Positions 6,911 through 16,132 of a DNA stretch of 17,679 nt are shown here, one piece after another. Source of the stretch: an uncultured bacterium (GTDB taxonomy: Bacteria; Lernaellota; Lernaellaia; Lernaellales; Lernaellaceae); contig CAZHPN010000133.1 in assembly GCA_964534375.1 (NCBI GenBank), forward strand, positions 1 through 17,679. Direction: 5' to 3'. Position numbers and translations under genes: made by a program. The notes below the pieces were generated by a model. The model made no database searches. It was not told where the DNA came from and was given only the letters and a program-made list of their open reading frames with translations. The first letter of the stretch is position 1. Every line of letters starts with the position of its first letter.

Positions 6911-8989
6911 ATGGCGGGCGACTACGCGTTGGACGAAGCGGACGGGCCGTCTCGCCGGCAGGAAACCGCGATCTGGGCGCTGCTCGGAATTGCCTGGCTC
7001 TTTATCTACGGCATTCGCTTTCTGGCGGACTCGGGCTTTGCCGCGGACGAAGCCTCCACCGGCGATCTGGCGAGCGGCCTGGTCGATGGACTGGCGGCGT
7101 CGCACTGGCATTACCAATACCAAACGGGCCATGGCGCCCAGGTGTTTGGCGTGCTCCTCGCGCCATTTTACTATTGGGGCGGCTCGCAGTTTCTCTGGAT
7201 CAAGATCGTAGGCGCGCTCTTCATTGCGGGCGGCGTGTCGGTCTGGGTCCGGTTGGTTCGGCGCGCGTGGGGATTTTCGGCGGCGACGATCTTTTTCCTG
7301 CTGCTGCTCGCGCCCCCGCCGTTTTTGGAAGTGCACGCGCACCACTTTTTCGGCAACCACGTCGAGAGCATTTTCTTTACAGGCTTGCTGATTTGGCAAT
7401 TTCTCAAGATGAACGAACGCGAACCGACGCGTGGCGAGTTCGCGCTGCTGGGCCTCAGCGCAGGCTTTGCTTCGTTTTTTTGCGCGCAAAATTTCGCCAC
7501 GGCGGCCGCGGTTTTTATGGTCGTGGTCTGGCGGTGGGGCCGGCGCGGCGCGGTTGGGCTGATGTGGGCGGCGCCGCTATTCCTGTCGATGATGGCGTTG
7601 AATCTGGCCGATCCGCGGCTCACCGGATTTTTTACGACGCAATCGACGATGCACCCCCACCTCGCCGCGCGTTGGGGGCGGCTGCTCGGACAGTGGCTGC
7701 CGCTCCTGCCGGGTTACGACGGGATATGGCGCGGCGTCTCGGTCGCCACGATGGCCACAGCCCTCATCGGCATGGCGCTGGGGCTGGCGAAGCCGACGCC
7801 GGTCTACCGCAGCGACGGCGCCCCGCAACCCGACTGGCTGATCCGGATCTTGTACCTCTATTTGGCGTTCTTTTTCGCGGCTTACAGCCTGACGAACCAC
7901 GTTTTTCGCGATCCGGACGAAGTGTATTCGCTCGACGGCGCGCGCTACTTGATGCTGGCGTTCATGGCGTTCCTGGCGTTTGCGGCCTACGCCTTGCGAC
8001 GCCTGCCCGGGGCATGGAAATACGTCGTCGCCGCGCCGATTGTCGCGGCCGGATCGGTCTACGCCGCGTCCGGGGTGTCAATGACGCAGGAGTTTTTCGT
8101 CGACAACTGGCGAGCGATGACCGCGATGCGCGGCGACGACTATGACTATTTGATTCGCGCCAACTTGCCGCTGGACGCTCGCCCGAAACCGGAATCCCCG
8201 TTTTCGTTGAAAGTCGTCGCCGCCCTGCCGCGACGGTGGCGCGAGTTCGGCTGCCAGAATCTCGGCGAACGGTTGGCGCCCGACGAGGCGCTGAACCTGG
8301 TGCGCGACCAGCCCGCCTCGCTGGGTCTTTGCCGCGAAACGATCCCGGCCGGCATGGGCGCCAAGATCGCCGGCATGGCCGTGCACGGCCACCCCGAGGC
8401 GCTCGACAATTTTTTGGCGCGCCACGGGAATTATCCGGCGCGGTTGGCCGATCTCTCCTGCAAAGACGCCGCGGAATTCGTCGAGGGCCTGGGTTACGGC
8501 ATCGTGCGCGGCAACGAAGAAAAATCGCCTTTTTTTCGATCGCAGGCGTTTGTCGCCTTGGCCGAAGACGGCCGCGATTGGCGGGAAACGCCGGCCGATT
8601 TGGGGCGGCAACGCGCCGAATTGGCGCCCATCGCGGGGGCGCTGCGGCAATTGACGCCGGCCGATTTTGCGGCCGCCTTTTCGCACGGCGCCGGTCGTCG
8701 GTTGGGTTTCAACAAACTCCTGGGCGGCGTCATGCCAGCGGACTACGTCCGATTTTGGGGCGGTTTCGCGGATTTTCAGCCGACGCCCGAGGCCGTGACG
8801 TCATTCAATGAAGGTGTCCTGGCCGGTCAGGCGCAATTGCTGATCTCGTATTACAACCGCTTCGTTCTGCAGCCGCCGTTTGTCGATCTGCCGGGAATTC
8901 GCGCGGCGTTGGCGCGTCGCGGGGTTTCGCTGCGGGCCGTTGCCGGGCGGGAGAATGAGTTTGCGCTGGAATTCGGAAAAGGCGGGTGA
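6911..8989 (+). CDS. Polytopic membrane protein, probable GT-C-fold (ArnT/PMT-like) glycosyltransferase with a C-terminal soluble domain
   Basis: An acidic DE pair follows TM1 (GFAADEAS). About 10 or more hydrophobic segments in the first ~390 aa, with GNHVES, GLSAGFASF and late RY motifs. A helical C-terminal domain follows. The CDS is secure; the function is inferred. Confidence 0.65.
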   Translation: MAGDYALDEADGPSRRQETAIWALLGIAWLFIYGIRFLADSGFAADEASTGDLASGLVDGLAASHWHYQYQTGHGAQVFGVLLAPFYYWGGSQFLWIKIVGALFIAGGVSVWVRLVRRAWGFSAATIFFLLLLAPPPFLEVHAHHFFGNHVESIFFTGLLIWQFLKMNEREPTRGEFALLGLSAGFASFFCAQNFATAAAVFMVVVWRWGRRGAVGLMWAAPLFLSMMALNLADPRLTGFFTTQSTMHPHLAARWGRLLGQWLPLLPGYDGIWRGVSVATMATALIGMALGLAKPTPVYRSDGAPQPDWLIRILYLYLAFFFAAYSLTNHVFRDPDEVYSLDGARYLMLAFMAFLAFAAYALRRLPGAWKYVVAAPIVAAGSVYAASGVSMTQEFFVDNWRAMTAMRGDDYDYLIRANLPLDARPKPESPFSLKVVAALPRRWREFGCQNLGERLAPDEALNLVRDQPASLGLCRETIPAGMGAKIAGMAVHGHPEALDNFLARHGNYPARLADLSCKDAAEFVEGLGYGIVRGNEEKSPFFRSQAFVALAEDGRDWRETPADLGRQRAELAPIAGALRQLTPADFAAAFSHGAGRRLGFNKLLGGVMPADYVRFWGGFADFQPTPEAVTSFNEGVLAGQAQLLISYYNRFVLQPPFVDLPGIRAALARRGVSLRAVAGRENEFALEFGKGG

Positions 8990-9044
8990 ACGGGCCGGGC
9001 GTGGGCAAATTCCCCCCCCGGGGATTCGGCCGACGTCCTCGCAC

Positions 9045-9073
9045 TTTTGCGCCCGGGGCGATTGTGCTAGCTT
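9045..9073 (+). promoter_or_regulatory. Candidate extended -10 promoter for the phoH operon
   Basis: TGcTAGCTT (9065-9073) with TTTTGC/TTGCGC 15-17 nt upstream, about 55 nt before the GTG start. Confidence 0.3.
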
Positions 9074-9128
9074 GCCGGCCAATTAGTCGGCCTCTTGGGG
9101 GATGGTCGGCGAGTAGGAAAGGCGGCCT

Positions 9129-10127
9129 GTGACAGCGAACGATCCCAACCAAACCCCCGACGCCCCGAGCGTGCTGCTGCCGGACGCCGAGGTGCTGCGG
9201 CACATCCTCGGCCACGGCGACGAGAACCTGCGCGTGATCGAGGAAGCGCTCGGCGTGCGCCTGTCGGTGCGCGGCGACCGCCTGTTCGTCCGCGGGCCGC
9301 AGGAGCATTTCCGCCTCATCAAGCAGCTCTTCGAGGAACTCTACGGCCTGGCGGCGGAGGGCTTTCCGATCTACGCCACCGACGTCGAACATGCGCTGTC
9401 GATCTTGCGCTCGGGCGGCGCCGTTCGCCTGCGGGATATTTTCCTCGATACGGTTTTCGTTTCGGACAAGAAGCGCGTCATCGCCCCGAAGTCGCTGCAT
9501 CAAAAGATGTACATCGACGCGATTCGGCAGCACGACATCGTTTTCGGCATCGGGCCGGCGGGCACCGGCAAGACGTACCTGGCGATGGCGATGGCCGTCA
9601 GCCACCTGGTCAAAGGCGAGACCGATCGCATCGTGCTCGTGCGCCCGGCGGTCGAGGCCGGCGAAAAACTCGGCTTCCTGCCCGGCGACATCGCGGAGAA
9701 GGTGAACCCCTATCTGCGCCCGCTGTACGACGCGTTGCACGAGATGATGCCGTTCGAAAAGGCGCAGCGGCTGATCGAACGGCAGATCATCGAGGTGGCG
9801 CCGCTGGCCTTCATGCGCGGCCGCACGCTCAACGACAGCTTCGTCATTCTGGATGAGGCGCAAAACAGCACGCCCGAGCAGATGAAAATGTTTCTGACGC
9901 GGCTGGGCTTCCATTCGCAGGCGGTCATCACGGGCGACGATACGCAGATCGACCTGCAAAACGGCCAGGAATCGGGGCTGATCGTCGTGCAGCGGATTTT
10001 GCAGAACATTGAGGGCATTGTCTTCGTGCGCTTCGACGAGACCGACGTCGTGCGCCACCACCTCGTGCAGCAAATCATCATCGCCTACGATCGCTACGAC
10101 AAACAGACGCGCAAGGACAAGCCGTGA
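9129..10127 (+). CDS. ybeZ: PhoH-like ATPase (YbeZ/PhoL type, with N-terminal KH-like region)
   Basis: Walker A GPAGTGKTYLA, RPAVEAGEKLGFLPGD, PYLRPLYDAL, APLAFMRGRTL, ILDEAQN, KMFLTRLG, ITGD.TQIDL and DVVRH. GTG start follows AGGAAAGG. Confidence 0.96.
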   Translation: MTANDPNQTPDAPSVLLPDAEVLRHILGHGDENLRVIEEALGVRLSVRGDRLFVRGPQEHFRLIKQLFEELYGLAAEGFPIYATDVEHALSILRSGGAVRLRDIFLDTVFVSDKKRVIAPKSLHQKMYIDAIRQHDIVFGIGPAGTGKTYLAMAMAVSHLVKGETDRIVLVRPAVEAGEKLGFLPGDIAEKVNPYLRPLYDALHEMMPFEKAQRLIERQIIEVAPLAFMRGRTLNDSFVILDEAQNSTPEQMKMFLTRLGFHSQAVITGDDTQIDLQNGQESGLIVVQRILQNIEGIVFVRFDETDVVRHHLVQQIIIAYDRYDKQTRKDKP

Positions 10128-12484
10128 ATGAGCATCCGCCGCGTCCGCGTTCGGCCGGCCGCCTGCGCAAGTGGACCGCCGCGTGGCGCAAGACGCGCCT
10201 CGGCCGTGAAATCCTGACCGAACCGTGGACAATGGCGTTGATTGCGGCGTGCGTGCTGTCGGCGTTGATCACCCCGCGCCTGGGCCTGCCGCTGAAACAC
10301 TTCCGGACCGGCTCGTTTGCCGACTCGGCGATCAAGGCCTACCGCGATTTCGACGTCGAAGACGTGACGAGCACCGAGAAGCGGCGGCAGGAGGCCGCGT
10401 CGTCGGTCCCGCCGGTGTTCGATTTCGACGCGCACGCGGCCGAGCGGCAGGTGAAGAAACTCGACGACGCGTTCGCCGAGATGCGGACCTTCCTCGGCGT
10501 CGAGGACAACGCGGACGGCGGCAAAACCGCGCCGGCGTTGCCGCCGCGGCCGGCGCTGGAGGAGCAGGAAGGCCGCCTATTGCAGGCGCTGGGCGTCACG
10601 CTCGACCGCAAGACGCTCGACTTCCTCGCGAAAGACGGCTATTCGCCGGCGATCGCGGCGGATATCCGCGATCTGTTGAATTACGGGCTGTCGCACCTGA
10701 CCGTGAGCGACCGCAAGTCGCTGCCCGAGCAGACGGCCGAGCGGCTGATCACCTTGCGCGAATTGGGGGCCAAGAAAGAACGGCCGTATGGCAATCTCGA
10801 CCAGATTGTCGACATGTCCCGCCTGCAGGACCAGTTGGAAAAACGGGCGCGGCAGAATATCGACGATCCGCCGCGCCGCGCCGTCGCCCTGGCGATCGCC
10901 TCGGCGTTGACCACGCCGACCCTCGAATACAACATGGCGGCGAGCGAAGAACGGCGCGCCGAAGCCCGCGCCGACGTCGGCCCGAGCATCATCCATTTCC
11001 GGAAAAACCAGTTGATCGTGGCCGAGGGCCAGCAGATTACCGACGACCACCTGCGCATTCTCGCGGCGATGCAGGAAGGGGCGGGCGCCGCGCACACGCT
11101 GACCACCTTCCTCGCCTTTACGGCGATGGTCTTCCTGATGATCGCCGTCGTCTTCCGGTTCGCGAACCGCTACGTCCGCAAATTCAAACCGACGATGCGC
11201 GACTACGCGTTTCTGCTGACCACAGCGGTGTTCGCCGGCGCGATGGCCTGGGTCGCTCGCGAGGTGGCGCCGCCGCTGGCGGATTCGTTCGGCTGGATGA
11301 CGCGCGAATCGATCCGCTATCTTTTCCCGGTCGCGGCGTTCGGGATGCTGATCCGCTTCCTGATGTACAGCGAGGCGGCGCTGGTCTGGGTCGGCTTCGC
11401 GTCGCTGGCCGCCGGGCTGATTATGGACGGCTCGCTGGCCTACGCGATTTATTTCCTGGTCGGCTCGGCGATCGGCGCCCACCAGATCGGCCAGGCGCAA
11501 GGCAGCGGCCGGTTCCTGCGCGCCGGCTTGCTAGTCGGCGTCGGCAACGCGGCCGTGGCGCTGGCGACCCAGCTCATCGGCGACCCCGCGTCGCTGGCGA
11601 CGCCGGCCACGCTGGTCAACCTCGCGGCGGCGGCGCTCGGCGGCCTGCTGACGGGGCCGTTCGTGCTGGCCGCGGTGCATCCGCTGGAGGCGATCTTCGG
11701 TTATACGAGCAACCTGCGGCTGATGGAGTTGGCCAACCTGAACCACCCGCTGCTCGGCCGGATGCTGGTCGAGGCCCCCGGCACGTACCACCACAGCCTG
11801 ATGGTGTCGGCGCTGGCCGAGAAAGGCGCGGAGTCGATCGGGGCCAACCCGTTGCTGGTCAAGGTCGCGGGCCTCTATCACGACATCGGCAAGATCAACA
11901 AGCCGCACTATTTCATCGAAAATCAGATCGAAGGGCAGAACCCGCACGACGGCCTGCCGCCGCACATGTCCGCCCTGATCCTGATCGGGCATGTGCGCGA
12001 CGGGCAGGAACTCGCCCGCCACCACCGCCTCGGCGAACGCATTTCGCAGGTCATCGCCGAGCACCACGGCCGCTCGCGGATCAATTATTTCTACAATCGC
12101 GCCAAGCAGCAGGAGACCGCCGAGCGCGAGAAGGTCAACGAAGAGGAGTTCCGCTATCGCGGGCCGTATCCGCAGTCGAAGGAAGCGGCGCTGGTGATGC
12201 TCGCCGACGTCGTTGAGGCCGCGACGCGCAGCCTCAAGCAGCCGACGCCGGCGCGGATCGAAACCAGCGTCAACGAGTTGATCAGCAACGTGTACAACGA
12301 CGGCCAACTCGACGAGTGCGAGATGACCTTGCGGAACCTGCACGGCGTCGCCGCGCAGTTCACCACCCTCCTCACCGGGCGGTACCATGGGCGGATCGAA
12401 TATCCCGAAAAAGAGCAGCCGAAAAAAGGGAAAATCATCAATCTTCCTGCGAGTGGATCGCCCAACGCCGGCTCCAATCACTAA
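10124..12484 (+). CDS. pgpH: 7TM-HD (HDIG) membrane phosphohydrolase, PgpH-like cyclic-di-AMP phosphodiesterase
   Basis: N-terminal TM, large extracytoplasmic 7TMR-HDED region, multi-TM block, then LMELANLNHPLL, EAPGTYHHS, YHDIGK, HVRDG, EHHG, FRYRGPYPQSKE, MLADVVEAATRSL and RIEYP. Canonical position between phoH and ybeY. The c-di-AMP substrate is inferred from the family. Confidence 0.9.
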   Translation: MNEHPPRPRSAGRLRKWTAAWRKTRLGREILTEPWTMALIAACVLSALITPRLGLPLKHFRTGSFADSAIKAYRDFDVEDVTSTEKRRQEAASSVPPVFDFDAHAAERQVKKLDDAFAEMRTFLGVEDNADGGKTAPALPPRPALEEQEGRLLQALGVTLDRKTLDFLAKDGYSPAIAADIRDLLNYGLSHLTVSDRKSLPEQTAERLITLRELGAKKERPYGNLDQIVDMSRLQDQLEKRARQNIDDPPRRAVALAIASALTTPTLEYNMAASEERRAEARADVGPSIIHFRKNQLIVAEGQQITDDHLRILAAMQEGAGAAHTLTTFLAFTAMVFLMIAVVFRFANRYVRKFKPTMRDYAFLLTTAVFAGAMAWVAREVAPPLADSFGWMTRESIRYLFPVAAFGMLIRFLMYSEAALVWVGFASLAAGLIMDGSLAYAIYFLVGSAIGAHQIGQAQGSGRFLRAGLLVGVGNAAVALATQLIGDPASLATPATLVNLAAAALGGLLTGPFVLAAVHPLEAIFGYTSNLRLMELANLNHPLLGRMLVEAPGTYHHSLMVSALAEKGAESIGANPLLVKVAGLYHDIGKINKPHYFIENQIEGQNPHDGLPPHMSALILIGHVRDGQELARHHRLGERISQVIAEHHGRSRINYFYNRAKQQETAEREKVNEEEFRYRGPYPQSKEAALVMLADVVEAATRSLKQPTPARIETSVNELISNVYNDGQLDECEMTLRNLHGVAAQFTTLLTGRYHGRIEYPEKEQPKKGKIINLPASGSPNAGSNH

Positions 12485-12878
12485 ACTGTTGCGCGACCTC
12501 GCCGTGCAGGCGCTGGCCCGTCTCGGCCGCGGCGGCGAGCGCCTGGAAATCGCGCTGGTGGACGACGAGGAAAGCCGGCGCGTCAACCGGGATTTTCTCG
12601 GGCGCGACCGGCCGACCACCGTCATTTCGTTCGCCGGCGACGGCCCGGGCGACATGGGGCAATTGATCGTCAACGTCGACGAAGCCGAGCGCCAGCGCGG
12701 ACCGGCCGGTTATGGACTTTCGCGGATGTTGGGTTACTATGTCTTGCACGGGATGCTCCATCTGGCGGGCTACGATCACGAACGTGGCGGCGCGGCCGCG
12801 GCGGCGGCAATGGCGGCGAAAGAAGAATCGCTTCAGGAACTGCTGCGTCCGCTGGCGTCCGGCGAGGGAGACGAATGA
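12387..12878 (+). CDS. ybeY: rRNA maturation endoribonuclease YbeY
   Basis: Zn motif HGMLHLAGYDH and NRDFLGRDRPTTVISF, in the expected operon position. The start is ATG 12387 or GTG 12453. Confidence 0.93.
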   Translation: MGGSNIPKKSSRKKGKSSIFLRVDRPTPAPITKLLRDLAVQALARLGRGGERLEIALVDDEESRRVNRDFLGRDRPTTVISFAGDGPGDMGQLIVNVDEAERQRGPAGYGLSRMLGYYVLHGMLHLAGYDHERGGAAAAAAMAAKEESLQELLRPLASGEGDE

Positions 12879-13714
12879 GCGAAAAGGACGAACTGCCGCG
12901 CGGCGGGTGGCGGCGGTTTTTTCGCCGCTTTCGGCGCCCGGCGGACGTGGACAAGGCCACCGAAGAAGCGCTCAGCGACATGGAGGAGAGCGGCTTCATC
13001 GACCCGGAAGAGAGCGAGATGATGCAGGGCGTCCTCGATCTCGACAAAACCACTGCCCGCGAAATTTTCGTGCCGCGCACCGAAATTGTTTTCGTCGACA
13101 CGAAAGCGCCGCTGCCCGAGGTCATCGCCCGGCTTCGGGAGTCGGGCCTCAGCCGCCTTCCGGTCGTCGACGGCAGCGTCGACAAGCCGCTCGGCTTCGT
13201 GCACGTCAAGGATTTGCTGCGATTCTGGGGCCGCGAAAGCGAATATGATCTCACGGCGGTTCTGAAGCCCGCCTTCCACGTGCCGGAATCCAAGAAGCTC
13301 GACGACCTGCTCGAGGAATTCCAGCAAAACCGCGAGAAAATCGCCCTGGTCGTCGACGAATTCGGCGGCACCAGCGGCTTGGTGACGATCACCGACATCC
13401 TGGAAGAGATCGTCGGCGACCTCGGCGACGACGCCGAAACGCGCGAAGAGTCGCGGGTCTTTTTCGCCGACGAGAATATGCTCGTCGTTCCCGGACGCTT
13501 CGCCATCGACTTGTTGCGCGAGCGTTTCGGCGGCGAGGCGCCGGCCGGCGCGTTCAACACGGCCGCCGGCTGGATCCTCGATCGCACGGGGCGCGTGCCG
13601 CAAACCGGCGAGACGTTCGAACTCGACGGCTTCACCGTCAAGATCGAGGCCGCGACGGAGAGGCATATCCGCAAAGTGTCGGTGCGCCGGATGCCGGCCG
13701 CGCCCGACGAATGA
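12875..13714 (+). CDS. corC: CBS-pair plus CorC_HlyC domain protein (CorC/YbeX type, no TM domain)
   Basis: AREIFVPRTEI, SGLSRLPV, GFVHVKDLL, PAFHVPESKKLDDLLEEF, ALVVDEFGGTSGLVTITDILEEIVGD and TAAGWILDRTGRVP. ATGA overlap with ybeY. Confidence 0.92.
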   Translation: MSEKDELPRGGWRRFFRRFRRPADVDKATEEALSDMEESGFIDPEESEMMQGVLDLDKTTAREIFVPRTEIVFVDTKAPLPEVIARLRESGLSRLPVVDGSVDKPLGFVHVKDLLRFWGRESEYDLTAVLKPAFHVPESKKLDDLLEEFQQNREKIALVVDEFGGTSGLVTITDILEEIVGDLGDDAETREESRVFFADENMLVVPGRFAIDLLRERFGGEAPAGAFNTAAGWILDRTGRVPQTGETFELDGFTVKIEAATERHIRKVSVRRMPAAPDE

Positions 13715-13727
13715 GCGCCGCTCGCGG

Positions 13728-15383
13728 ATGACTCGCCTGCGAAAAATCATTTGGACGACCTCTGGTCTGGCGGCCCTGCAAGTCGCGCTGTCTTGGAACC
13801 GCTCCGTCTATGACGACGCTTACATCACCTTTCGTTACGCCCGCAATCTGGCCCGCGGCCTCGGGCCGGTCTACAACGCCGGCGATCGCGTCGAGGGCTG
13901 CACCGCGTTTCTGCAGATGGCGCTGCTGGCCCCGTTCGCGCGGCTCGGCGTCGATTTGCGCTTGGCCGCCGCCGTCATCGCCTTCGCCTGCCTGACGGCG
14001 GTCGCCGCGGCCGGCGCGCGGTTCATCATCCGCGCGGAAGCCGCCGCCGGCGAACCAACCGCGTGGCCGTGGTTCTTCGCGCTGATGCTCGTCGCCTGCC
14101 CGCCGACCGTCTATTACGCACTCTCCGGCTTGGAAACGATCTGGTTCGCCGCCGCCGCGTTCGCCGCCTTGTTGCTCGCGGCGGGCGAAGCGGAGGCCGA
14201 TCGCCCTCCGCTCGCCTCGGCCCTGGCGGCGACGGTCGCCGCCTTGCTGCGGCCCGACGGCGTCGTGCTGGCCGGCGCGATCGGCGTGTTCTGGCTGACG
14301 TGCGCGCCGCGGCGCCGCCTGGCGCGGGCGGCGGTGTTCGGCGCGGCGTTCGCCGTGCTGTACGGCGCGTATTTCGCCTGGCGGTATTCGTATTACGGCT
14401 GGCTGCTGCCCAACACCTATTACGCCAAGGTCGACGGAATCAGCCTGCGGTTGACACTGCGCGGGTTGCTGTACGTTGCGCGTTCGACGCCGTCGATGCT
14501 ATTCCCGGCCGTGCTCGTTTGGTTGCTGGCGCAGACGCTGCACCGCCGCTTGCCGTTGGCGCTTTGGGAAAAAGCCTTTCTACTGGCGATCGGCGCCCAA
14601 GTCGCGCTGGCTGCGGCGACCGGCGGCGACTACATGCCCTACTACCGCTTCCTTCAGCCGGCGTGGCCGCTGTGTCTGCTGCTGATCTGGGGGCTGAGCC
14701 GCAAGCTGGCCGCCGATGTCAGCCCCGGCGGCCGGATGGCGCGGTGGTGGCGGCTGCGCTTGTCGGTTGGCGGTGTCGTCGCGCTGGCGCTGGCAGTGAA
14801 CATTTTGCTGTGGCTCGCCGATTTCAACGGGCTCAAGGCGATGATCGCCTCCAGCCTGACGCGTTCGTGGGAGCGGACGGCCGAGCAGTTGAAGCCGCTG
14901 CTGCCGCGCGACGCGGTGGTCGCCGCCGACGCGATCGGCGCGGCGGGCTACATCGGCGATCTGCCGTTGATCGACATCATGGGCTTGACCGACGCGACGA
15001 TCGCCCACCTGCCGATTGCCACGGGCAAGGGCATGGCCGGCCACGAGAAATACAGCCCGGATTATATTCTGTCGCGGGCGCCCGATTTCATTCTCACCTG
15101 CACGATGGAATGGCCGCGCCCGGCGCCGGCCTGCCTCGGACCGCGCGCCGAGACCGACACGATGCGGCTGGCGCCGCGGGTTCGCGAGCAATACGTGTAC
15201 GCCAATCACGCGATTCCCGGCGGCTACGTCGGCACGTATCTGCGCCGCGATCGCCTGGGCCGCGCCGGATACGACGGCTGGTTCGCCAGTTACCAAACGA
15301 TCGGCCTGGAGGATCTCGCGCCCACGGACCACGACTTTAAAGGGTTCTTGCGTTATTCGCCGAACGGCCCGGCCGGACACTGA
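13728..15383 (+). CDS. GT-C-fold membrane glycosyltransferase, AftB-like arabinofuranosyltransferase family
   Basis: The N-terminal loop DDAYITFRYARNLARGLGPVYNAGDRVEGCT resembles the AftB-type DD...RN...G.GPV.N.GERVE motif. Also SGLET, RPDG, PNTYYAK, GGDYMPYYRF, IDIMGLTD and GHEK, with many TM helices. Sugar specificity is unknown. Confidence 0.75.
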   Translation: MTRLRKIIWTTSGLAALQVALSWNRSVYDDAYITFRYARNLARGLGPVYNAGDRVEGCTAFLQMALLAPFARLGVDLRLAAAVIAFACLTAVAAAGARFIIRAEAAAGEPTAWPWFFALMLVACPPTVYYALSGLETIWFAAAAFAALLLAAGEAEADRPPLASALAATVAALLRPDGVVLAGAIGVFWLTCAPRRRLARAAVFGAAFAVLYGAYFAWRYSYYGWLLPNTYYAKVDGISLRLTLRGLLYVARSTPSMLFPAVLVWLLAQTLHRRLPLALWEKAFLLAIGAQVALAAATGGDYMPYYRFLQPAWPLCLLLIWGLSRKLAADVSPGGRMARWWRLRLSVGGVVALALAVNILLWLADFNGLKAMIASSLTRSWERTAEQLKPLLPRDAVVAADAIGAAGYIGDLPLIDIMGLTDATIAHLPIATGKGMAGHEKYSPDYILSRAPDFILTCTMEWPRPAPACLGPRAETDTMRLAPRVREQYVYANHAIPGGYVGTYLRRDRLGRAGYDGWFASYQTIGLEDLAPTDHDFKGFLRYSPNGPAGH

Positions 15384-15437
15384 ACGGGGATAATGGCGCG
15401 CGAACCGGCGGCCGGCGGCGGGTTTTCGAAGCGGCGG

Positions 15438-16022
15438 TCAGCAGTCGAGATATACGCGATAAGCGATCGTGCTCGTGCTGTCTTTGCCGCAGGCGTCGGC
15501 GACGCCCAAATGAAAGTCGTGCGGTCCGCAGTCGATGCTGGAGAAAATCGCCATCGGTACGATGTAGCCGTAGCCGCCGGGCAGCTTGGCCACGGCCGCG
15601 GTCACCGGCGCCTGAACAAAACTCGCTAGCGGCTCGCCGTCACAGGCGTCGGCCGCCGGCATCGCGATCGTGACGACGGGTACAAACTGCGTTTGGTCGA
15701 GACCCCAATAAATCTCGCCGCCGTTCAGGTTGCACTGGGCGTCCTTGTAACGGAACCACAAGACCACCATGTTGTTCACCGCGACGGCATTCGCGCGCTT
15801 AATGTGGAAAAAGCCGTCGCTGGACGCGGGCAGAACGTTGTACGGAGCGCTCGCCGGATCCCGGACCACGAACACGGGCTGGCCGATCTCCGGCGCCGTG
15901 TCGCCGGCGCACGGATTGGGCGTAGCCACCGAAACGCTCACGGGCTGGCCGCAGCCGGCCGCGGCCAGTGCGGCGAACGTCGCCGCCGCAAACACCCAAG
16001 TCATCACGCGTCGCGAATTCAT
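15438..16022 (-). CDS. Hypothetical Cys-rich lipoprotein (194 aa)
   Basis: MNSRRVMTWVFAAATFAALAAAG|C is a basic n-region, an h-region and a lipobox AAGC. The mature part is beta-rich with six more Cys. The ORF-track extension to 16967 overlaps the M23 gene and is Arg-rich. Confidence 0.8.
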   Translation of the reverse strand: MNSRRVMTWVFAAATFAALAAAGCGQPVSVSVATPNPCAGDTAPEIGQPVFVVRDPASAPYNVLPASSDGFFHIKRANAVAVNNMVVLWFRYKDAQCNLNGGEIYWGLDQTQFVPVVTIAMPAADACDGEPLASFVQAPVTAAVAKLPGGYGYIVPMAIFSSIDCGPHDFHLGVADACGKDSTSTIAYRVYLDC

Positions 16023-16086
16023 TCGTTGGCTCGCTTGCAAGTGGTTGGCGGCACGGCGCCGACCGCGGCCGCCGTGCGACGTGCAG

Positions 16087-16115
16087 ATAATCGACAATCC
16101 GGCCGCGCTCGTCAA
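16087..16115 (-). promoter_or_regulatory. Candidate sigma70 promoter for the lipoprotein gene
   Basis: The minus strand reads TTGACG-N17-GATTAT in the 110-nt gap, about 65 nt upstream of ATG 16022. Confidence 0.45.
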
Positions 16116-16132
16116 TGCGCCGCCGTTCGCGT

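Noticed and set aside
8805..13750. Long antisense and off-frame ORFs (8805..10232, 10225..12216, 11531..12673, 12670..13674 and others)
   Set aside because: Expected shadows of high-GC3 genes. They overlap well-recognised CDSs and show no motifs.
15403..15426. Terminator between the convergent GT-C and lipoprotein genes
   Set aside because: The stem AACCGGCGGC/GCGGCGGGTT has two mismatches and only a short T-run, too weak to call.
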